Assembly (NCBI GenBank): GCA_951406725.2
Contig: OX597840.1
Coordinates: forward strand, 31,186,001-31,250,000
Direction: 5' to 3'
Length of the DNA: 64,000 nt
Source of the DNA: Octopus vulgaris
Taxonomy: Eukaryota
Below the pieces are notes generated by a model. The model did not search any database. It was not told where the DNA came from and saw only the letters and a program-made list of their open reading frames with translations. This document shows positions 55,096 through 64,000 of this stretch, piece after piece. Every line of letters starts with the position of its first letter. Position 1 is the stretch's first letter. The position numbers were made by a program, and so were the translations under genes.

Positions 55096-56890
55096 TCCAC
55101 CTCCTTCCGCTCCATCCTCTTCCTTGCGCTCCACCCTCCTCCTTCAGCTCCACCCTCCTCCTTCCGCTCCACCCTCCTCCTTCCGCTCCATCCTCTTCCT
55201 TCCGCTCCACCCTCTTCCTTCCGCTCCACCCTCTTCCTTGCGCTCCACCCAATTCCTTCCGCTCCATCCTCTTCCTTCCGCTCCATCCTCTTCCTTCCGC
55301 TCCACCCTCTTCCTTCCGCTCCATCCACTTCCTTCCGCTCCATCCTCTTCCTTCCGCTCCACCCTCTTCCTTCCGCTCCACCCTCTTCCTTCCGCTCCAC
55401 CCAATTCCTTCCGCTCCATCCTCTTCCTTCCGCTCCATCCTCTTCCTTCCGCTCCATCCTCTTCCTTCCGCTCCATCCTCTTCCTTCCGCTCCACCCTCT
55501 TCCTTGCTCCATCTTCTTGCGCTCCATCCTCTTCCTTGTGCTCCATCCTCTTCCTTCCGCCCCATCCTCTTCCTTCCGCCCCATCCTCTTCCTTCCGCCC
55601 CATCCTCTTCCTTGCGCTCCATCCTCTTCCTTCCGCTCCATCCTCTTCCTTCCGCTCCATCCTCTTCCTTCCGCTCCATCCTCTTCCTTCCGCTCCATCC
55701 TCTTCCTTCCGCTCCACCCTCTTCCTTCCGCTCCATCCTCTTCCTTCCGCTCCATCCTCTTCCTTCCGCTCCACCCTCTTCCTTGCGCTCCATCCTCTTC
55801 CTTGTGCTCCATCCTCTTCCTCCCGCCTCATCCCCTTCCTTCCGCTCCATCCTCCTCCTTCCGCTCCATCCTCCTCCTTCCGCCCCATCCCCTTCCTTCC
55901 ACTCCACCCTCTTCCTTGCTCTCCATCCCCTTCCTTGCGCTCCATCCTCTTCCTTGTGCTCCATCATCTTCCTTCCGCTCCATCTTCTTCCTTCCGCCCC
56001 ATCCTCTTCCTTCCGCTCCATCCACTTCCTTCCGCTCCATCCTCTTCCTTCCGCTCCATCCTCTTCCTTCCGCCCCATCCTCTTCCTTCCGCTCCATCCA
56101 CTTCCTTCCGCTGCATCCACTTCCTTCCGCTCCATCCTCTTCCTTCCGCCCCATCCTCTTCCTTCCGCCCCATCCTCTTCCTTCCGCTCCATCCTCTTCC
56201 TTCCGCTCCACCCTCTTCCTTCCGCTCCATCCTCCTCCTTCCACTCCATCCTCTTCCTTCCGCCCCATCCTCTTCCTTCCGCCCCATCCTCTTCCTTCCG
56301 CTGCATCCTCTTCCTTCCGCTCCATCCTCTTCCTTCCGCCCCATCCTCTTCCTTCCGCCCCATCCTCTTCCTTCCGCCCCATCCACTTCCTTCCTCCCCA
56401 TCCTCTTCCTTCTGCTCCATCCTCTTCCTTCCGCTCCATCCTCTTCCTTCCGCCCCATCCTCTTCCTTCCGCCCCATCCACTTCCTTCCGCCCCATCCAC
56501 TTCCTTCCGCTTCATCCCCTTCCTTCCGCTCCATCCTCTTCCTTCCGCCCCATCCTCTTCCTTCCGCTCCATCCTCTTCCTTCCGCCCCATCCTCTTCCT
56601 TCCGCCCCATCCCCTTCCTTCCGCTCCATCCTCTTCCTTCCGCTCCATCCTCTTCCTTCCGCTCCATCCTCTTCCTTCCGCTCCATCCTCTTCCTTCCGC
56701 TCCATCCTCTTCCTTGTGCTCCATCCTCTTCCTTCCGCCCCATCCACTTCCTTCCGCCCCATCCACTTCCTTCCGCTCCATCCCCTTCCTTCCGCTCCAC
56801 CCTCCTCCTTCAGCTCCATCCTCTTCCTTTCGCTCCATCCACTTCCTTCCGCCCCATCCTCTTCCTTCCGCCCCATCCACTTCCTTCCGC
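55096..56890. repeat. 19-bp pyrimidine/purine minisatellite (CTCCATCCTCTTCCTTCCG)n, about 90+ units, running into an assembly gap
   Basis: 19-nt period; explains the long ORFs in all frames. Confidence 0.95.
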
Positions 56891-56990
56891 NNNNNNNNNN
56901 NNNNNNNNNNNNNNNNNNNNNNNNNNNNNNNNNNNNNNNNNNNNNNNNNNNNNNNNNNNNNNNNNNNNNNNNNNNNNNNNNNNNNNNNNN
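56891..56990. other. assembly gap (100 N)
   Basis: Run of n; the true length and the continuity of the flanks are unknown. Confidence 1.
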
Positions 56991-57272
56991 AAGTGACGGG
57001 GACTTAAACACACCAGCATCGGTTGTCAAGCAATGCTAGGGGGACAAACACACACACACAAACACACACACATACACACATATATATACATATATATATA
57101 CATATATACGACAGGCTTCTTTCAGTTTCTGTCTACCAAATCCACTCACAAGGCATTGGTCGGCCCGGGGCTATAGCAGAAGACACTTGCCCAAGATGCC
57201 ACGCAGTGGGACTGAACCCGGAACCATGTGGTTGGTTAGCAAGCTACTTACCACACAGCCACTCCTGCGCCT
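56991..57272 (-). mobile_element. SINE family B (cut by the gap)
   Basis: Reverse partial copy. Confidence 0.85.
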
Positions 57273-58134
57273 ATATATATATTTATATACAACCGACTTC
57301 TTTCAGTTTCCGACTATGAAATCCTCTCACAAAGATTTAGTCGGACCGAAAGCAATTGCAGAATTCACTTGTCCAAGGTGCCTTCCATCGGGACTTGAAC
57401 CCGGGATCATTCGGATGGGGAGCTGACTTCTTATCGCACAGCCACGCGAAAAATATATGTTACTAAATTATAAAACGCAGTTAATAATAACAATGGGACG
57501 GTATTAACACGTAAGTCCTTATGAAAGTAAGGGTGCAAGCCTACAATAATTAATAATATACCTTAATTACAGGTCTTCCTAACCCGTTTAGTATTATTTT
57601 GAGAACACAGACCTATATTAAGTATGTTTATGAGAATTGTAGTTATAATCAGTGTGGTAGAGTTACAAGTACTTTCAACCAAAAGTCAATTATCATTTTT
57701 CGTCTCGCCGGTGAAGTAGTTCCCCTGACCCTTTTATAGGGTCACCCAGTTGAGATAGGTGGGAAAGAGGGGATGAAAAGGGTGCAGAGGAAAGGGGAGA
57801 GCTGGAAGGAAAGAGGAAAGGCGGGAAGGAAGGAAGTGTCCTCAAATTGTTGGTCTGACCCGAATACTTGCAGCTACAGAGATGACCCTGCAAAATGCAC
57901 CAAAGGCCCTAGGAGGTCTTGTTTAATCGGACGACGGGTTAAATATGTCTAACACTAACATTTCAGTAACTCATCTATGGCGGGATTTTTAACTCATGAC
58001 GCAGAGAACCAGCACAGAGACCGCAAGGCATCCAGTGTCATCAGACTGCTGATCTGGCCTGAATACCTGCTAAAAGAGAGATGACCCCTGCTAAGTGCAC
58101 CAAAGACCCGGGAGGGCTTGTTTAATCGGACGAC

Positions 58135-58731
58135 GCGAGCTGGCAGAAACGTTAGCACGCCGGGCGAAATGCTTAGCGGTATTTCGTCTGCTACTACGTT
58201 CTGGGTTCAAATTCCGCCGAGGTCGACTTTGCCTTTCATCCTTTCGGGGTCAATTAAATAAGTACTAGTTACGCACTGGGGTTCATATAATCGACTTAAT
58301 CCGTTTGTCTGTCCTTGTTTGTCCTCTCTGTGTTTAGCCCCTTGTGGATAGTAAAGAAATAGGCATTTCGCCTGCCGTTATGTTCTGAGTTCAAATTCCG
58401 CCGAGGTCGACTTTGCCTTTCATCCTTTCGGGGTCGATAAATTAAGTACCAGTTACGTACTGGGGTCGATGTAATCGACTTAGTCCCTTTGTCTGTCCTT
58501 GTTTGTCCTCTCTGTGTTTAGCCCCTTGTGGATAGTAAAGAAATAGGCATTTCGCCTGCCGTTATGTTCTGAGTTCAAATTCCGCCGAGGTCGACTTTGC
58601 CTTTCATCCTTTCGGGGTCGATAAATTAAGTACCAGTTACGTACTGGGGTCGATGTAATCGACTTAGTCCCTTTGTCTGTCCTTGTTTGTCCTCTCTGTG
58701 TTTAGCCCCTTGTGAGTAGTAAAGAAATAGG
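58135..58731 (+). mobile_element. SINE family A tandem array (3 bodies)
   Basis: Junction variant AAATAG|GCATTTCGCC is shared by units 2 and 3. Confidence 0.85.
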
Positions 58732-59275
58732 TTTACATATATCAACACAGCAAACCATGGCTGAGTTCGAACTCATACCGTTAAAAACTGGAACAAATGC
58801 CGCAAGACATCTCGACCGATGTTTTCCCATTTCCATCAACCAACCACTCTAGAGAGATACATTTTTATCGACCCCAAAGGAATGAAAGACAACGTAAAAC
58901 TCGTCCAATGGATGGTGCTGAGTCGTCAAAAATTTAAACCAAATTTTCCCAAAAAACTTGTCCGACCGTTCTATAGGCCTCCCCTTTGAGAAACACTGAT
59001 TTAATCTAAATTTGAGACACCAGCAAAAGAAGAAATAAAGATAGACATTTTTGATGTACTTGCGCGTACAAATGTACGTTCCCACGGCTTTATCGATCGC
59101 ATTCTTCCCTGGAATCGATTTTTGTAAGTTTTTCATGACTTATACAAGCCCTGATACCGTCGGTATCTACATATCAAATTTGAGCGCAATCGGATGGAGG
59201 ATGCCCGAGATCCTGGAAGACACACAAACAGACAGACAGACCGGATATACTATATTATAGTTAAATGTCTCTATG

Positions 59276-59666
59276 TGAGGCGCAATGGCCCAGTGGTTAG
59301 GGCAGCGGACTCGCGGTCATAGGATCGCGGTTTCGATTCCCAGACCGGGCGTTGTGAGTGTTTATTGAGCGAAAACACCTAAAAGCTCCGCGAGGCTCCA
59401 GCAGGGGGTGGTGGCGATCCCTGCTGTACTCTTTCACCACAACTTTCTCTCACTCTTGCTTCCTGTTTCTGTTGTACCTGTATTTCAAAGGGCCGGCCTT
59501 GTCACTCTCTCTGTGTCACGCTGAATATCCCCGAGAACTACGTTAAGGGTACACGTGTCTGTGGAGTGCTCAGCCACTTACACGTTAATTTCACGAGCAG
59601 GCTATTCCGTTGATTCGGTTCAACCGGAACCCTCGTCGTCGTGACCGACGGAGTGCTTCCATCCAT
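59276..59666 (+). mobile_element. SINE family C
   Basis: 11-bp TSD ATGTCTCTATG (59265-59275 / 59667-59677). Confidence 0.9.
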
Positions 59667-60013
59667 ATGTCTCTATGCATATATACATACAAGCAAATAT
59701 ACATGCCTCGCCTCTCCCGACCACAAAGCATCTGTTTCATACTTTGACTATAAAACATATCTTCTGAAATTTGTAGTCAAGCCAAATGTTATTGGAGACA
59801 TGCCTGGCTTCATAATGATTGCACCTTCAATATACCGTATTAGTATATTCCCATACTTGATAAGGGATTTAAGTAAATCCTGATGATGATATAATATATA
59901 GATCGAAACGTTCTATCTTGGTTTCAAAATGTCTTCTGCTTCAGCTAGTTTAGTAATTGGTTTTTGCATATGTTTATAAGACGTTACTATATTTGCATAT
60001 TGTATACATACAT

Positions 60014-60429
60014 AGGCGTAGGAGTGGCTGTGTGGTAAGTAGCTTGCTTACCAGCCACATGGTTCCGGGTTCAGTCCCACTGCGTAGCACATTGGGCAAG
60101 TGTCTTCTACTATAGCCTTCGGCCGACCAAAGCCTTGAGAGTGGATTTGGTAGACGGAAACTGAAAGAAGCCCGTCGTATATATGTATATGTATGTATAT
60201 ATGTGTGTGCGTGTGTGTGTGTCTGTGTTTGTCCCCCACCACAAACACCGCTTGACAACCGATGCTGGGGGTGTTTACGTCCCCGTAACTTAGCGGTTCG
60301 GCAAAAGAGCCCGATAGAATAAGTATTAGGATTACAAAGAATAAGTCCTGGGGTCGATTTGCTCGACTAAAGGTGGTGCTCCAGCATGACCACAGACACA
60401 TGATTGAAACAAGTAAAAGAATAAAAGAG
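60014..60429 (+). mobile_element. SINE family B
   Basis: Full copy. Confidence 0.85.
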
Positions 60430-60653
60430 ATACATACATGCATGCATACATACATACATACATGCATACATACATACATACCTACATACATATACTTGTA
60501 TATCTACATACATTCACAAACGCAGTCACACAGACGAACACATAATACACACACATATATGTGTATATCTATCTATCAATATGTGACCGCGTGGGTATCG
60601 TTGGCGAATTTTTTCCTCCGTCTTCCCTTCATTGGATCTTTCCTTTTTCTATG

Positions 60654-60686
60654 TTTCCGAAGAAGAGCTCCGCTCGAAACGTTTAA
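60654..60686 (+). ncRNA. minimal hammerhead-like motif (U4C, extra A, loopless stem III)
   Basis: TTT-CCGAAGA-a-GAGC tcc GCTC-GAAAC GTT-TAA; stem I weak. Confidence 0.55.
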
Positions 60687-60790
60687 TCCTCCTTCTTTCC
60701 TTCCTTTCCTGGGGGTCCAATAACACTATACTCGTCCCACGTCCTCGCGTTGTCGCGTTTTCTCTTTGTGTTTTCATGGCTGGATTAACT

Positions 60791-60902
<112 letters not shown>

Positions 60903-60905
60903 TTA

Positions 60906-60930
<25 letters not shown>

Positions 60931-60937
<7 letters not shown>

Positions 60938-61320
60938 TCTTTTACTTGTTTCAGTCATTTGACTGCGGCCATGCTGGAGCACCGCCTTTAGTCGAGCAAA
61001 TCGACCCCGGGACTTATTCTTTGTAAGCCCAGTACTTATTCTATCAGTCTCTTTTGCCGAACCGCTAAGTGACGGGGACGTAAACACACCAGCAATGCTA
61101 GGGTGACAAACACAAACACACAAACACAAACATATATATATATATATACATATATACGACGGGCTTCTTTCAGTTTCCGTCTACCAAATCCACTCACAAG
61201 GCATTGGTCAGCCCGGGGCTATTGCAGAAAACACTTGCCCAAGATGCCACGCAGTGGGACTGAACGCGGAACCATGTTGTTGGTAAACAAGCTACTTACC
61301 ACACAGCCACTCCTGCGGCT
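60931..61320 (-). mobile_element. SINE family B
   Basis: Reverse copy. Confidence 0.85.
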
Positions 61321-61481
61321 ATATATTTAGGAATAAACACACAGACACACACATACGCATGCGCGCGCGATTGTGCGTTTATTCATACATAAATATACAT
61401 ACGACATATATGATTATGTATGTATTTATATATATGTATACATACATATATGCATGTCTGTGAATACATACATACATATAT

Positions 61482-61674
61482 ACCTATTTCTTTACTACCC
61501 ACAAGGGGCTAAACACAGAGAGGAAAAACAAGACAGATGAGCAGATTAAGTCGATTACATCGACCCCAGTGCGTAACTGGTACTTATTTAATCGACCCCG
61601 AAAGGATGAAAGGCAAAGTCGACCTCGGCGGAATTTGAACTTAGAACGTAGCGGCAGACGAAATACCGCTAAGC
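61482..61674 (-). mobile_element. SINE family A, 5'-truncated
   Basis: Reverse body and tail. Confidence 0.8.
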
Positions 61675-62079
61675 TTTATCTTGCTTAAGAGTTAAGCAAG
61701 ATACTTAATCTCACGTTGTTGCAGTTAACTCAGCCGTAGAAATGAATTGAAGCGGCACTGATGTCAACCTGTATTGGCCTTTAATTTTCCTTGGATAATA
61801 TTGGTTTGGTATGGATGGTCGACTGCTGGACTTCCTTAAAACGACCTTGTCCGGACTTGTTCCTCGGAGGGGAACTTTCTAGGTGCACTCAAATGGTCAT
61901 TAATAACTGCCGGTGGCCTTTGTACTAATTTACATGTGCCTGTCTGTATATATATATATATATATAGTAGTAACAGAAAAGAGGAATTTCGATTGTCCCC
62001 ACGTAGTGAGTTGTAATGCATATAAGAAATTAAAAAAGGAAAATACGCACACTTACATGGTTTTAATATAATTTTTAAT

Positions 62080-62114
62080 ATATCGACCGGTTTCGCTATC
62101 GCTATTCATGATAT
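62080..62114 (-). ncRNA. minimal hammerhead ribozyme, A3-U8 variant
   Basis: ATATC-ATGAATA-GC gata GC-GAAAC CG GTC-GATAT; palindromic stem III ACCGGT. Confidence 0.62.
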
Positions 62115-62485
62115 TATGTTTAATTTATTTGAATATATATTTTTTCTTAAGAAGAAATTTGTTCTATGTTGTGTGTTATGAAATTCACGAGTGACATAAA
62201 GGGAGGTAATTGGTTGTTATAATTGTTATTGTGATATATATATATATATATATATCTACTCACAAGACTGTGGTAAGCGGCATGGGTATAGTAGAAGACA
62301 CACTTGCCCAAGGTGCCACCCATTCGGTGTTCTTATCGCACAGCCACAGCTGCGCTTGCACATGCAACTTTATTAATAAAGCATATTACTCTACCTTCGG
62401 TATTCGCGAACCATTTTTCACACCTTGTTTCACATTTATTTGCTTACTCTGGTATGTATATATGTATGTATGTATGTATGTGGTG

Positions 62486-62542
<57 letters not shown>

Positions 62543-62998
62543 ATGTGTGGGTGTGTGTGTGTATGTAGTTGTGTGTCTGTGTTTGTCCCCCACCATCGCT
62601 TGACAACCGATGCTCTGGTGTCGCTTTGCTCGACTAAAAGCGGTGCTCCAGCATGGCCGCAGTCAAATGACTGAAACAAATAAAAGAATAAAAGGATAAA
62701 AATGTATACATACACACACACACATACATATATATATGTATGTATACATGCATATATATATATATAGATATATGTATATATACACACACACATACATATA
62801 TATATATGTATGTATACATGCATATATATGTATATAGATATATGTATAAACACACACACACACCTCACACACAAACATACAGACGTAGATATACATACAT
62901 AATTGCAAGTGTGCATGCACGCAGATACCTGCACAAACATTCACCTTGGGGCCTCCGTTTGTATGCGTTTGCGTGTTTCATAGATTCTGATCATTATA

Positions 62999-63611
62999 GA
63001 CAGGAGCACTCCGTCGGTTACGACGATGAGGGTTCCGGTTGATCCGATCAACGGAACAGCCTGCTCGTGAAATTAACGTGTAAGTGGCTGATCACTCCAC
63101 AGACACGTGTACCCTTAACGTAGTTCTGGGGGATATTCAGCGTGACACAGAGAGTGACAAGGCCGGCCCCTTGAAATACATGTACAACAGAAACAGGAAG
63201 AAAGAGTGAGAGAAAGTTGTGGTGAAAGAGTACAGCAGGGATCACCACCATCCCCTACCGGAGCCTCGTGGAGCTTTTAAGTGTTTTCGCTCAATAAACA
63301 CTCACAATGCCCGGTCTGGGAATCGAAACCACGATCCTACGACCGCGAGTCCGCTGCCCTAACCACTGGACCATTGCGCCTCCATGTATATATATATATA
63401 AGCTGAAGGTTGGGCCTCTAAGAAGGCCTTTCGCGACACCAAAACCAAAAGTTTAATACACACACGAAACAATATACATTTAGAAGTAATATTTATCTCC
63501 ACTTAAACGTGGATATTTTATTAGAACAATCTTTGCTACGGTCTGGGAATCGAAACCGCGATCCTACGACCGCGAGTTCGCTGCCCTAACCACTGGGCCA
63601 TTGCGCCTCCA
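62999..63611 (-). mobile_element. composite SINE family C (extra tRNA head + ~155-bp spacer + full SINE)
   Basis: 12-bp TSD CTGATCATTATA (62987-62998 / 63612-63623) brackets the whole composite. Confidence 0.8.
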
Positions 63612-64000
63612 CTGATCATTATAACCAACTTGCGATGTATGGTGAAAAATGTTAGGGGCGGGGTCCGATGTCTTATTGTCTGGGAAATAGAAAAAAGGGT
63701 TGGCGTACACTGGCGTAGACTGGCGTAGACTGACGGAGCGGTGGAAGCGACGAGGGTGGTGGCTACGACGAAGAAGCGAGAGAAAGAGAAAGAGAGAGAG
63801 AGGGGGGTGATGGGAGAGAGAGAGGTGCGGTGGCGTATTTATAGCCTTGAGTCCGTGTGTTGTGAAATCCTTGCATCCATATAAAACGAGGAAGCAAGAA
63901 GAACTATTTAGGAACGCTGACGTAAAAGTACACGTAGTACACATACACGCCTGAAGAGACTATGTAAACAGACACACACGCACACACACACACACACACA

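Noticed and set aside
55043-57039. 300-657 aa ORFs on both strands
   Set aside because: Translations of a stop-free 19-bp minisatellite in all frames, some running through Ns; no protein-like context.

Overview
Eukaryotic, AT-rich, microsatellite-saturated genomic DNA. It is most likely an octopus: this is an inference from the tRNA-derived SINE families, which resemble the octopus OR/OK SINEs as I recall them. The only host gene is the 3' half of a white-like ABCG half-transporter on the + strand. It has 8 GT-AG exons (759 nt, 252 aa plus stop) spread over 4271-45594 and ends in an unusual ...KWCSRKSCCC*. Everything else is repeats: several tRNA-SINE families, non-autonomous Helitrons, TIR elements, an RTE fragment, an L1/Tx1-type fragment, a mariner relic, (AAT)n-associated retro-insertions and a Penelope-like element with a GIY-YIG ORF and inverted pseudo-LTRs. 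The most striking hidden signal is about 14 minimal type I hammerhead-ribozyme motifs in many unrelated Penelope-like/retrozyme-type repeats. Their catalytic cores include all four Watson-Crick versions of the 3-8 pair (C-G, U-A, G-C, A-U). Other notable patterns are a SINE whose tail matches a microsatellite-embedded Tx1-like LINE and that forms headless tandem arrays, and branch-point-motif tandem arrays abutting splice acceptors. Almost all ORFs in the supplied track are microsatellite or repeat artefacts. All structures were read by eye, with no database searches.
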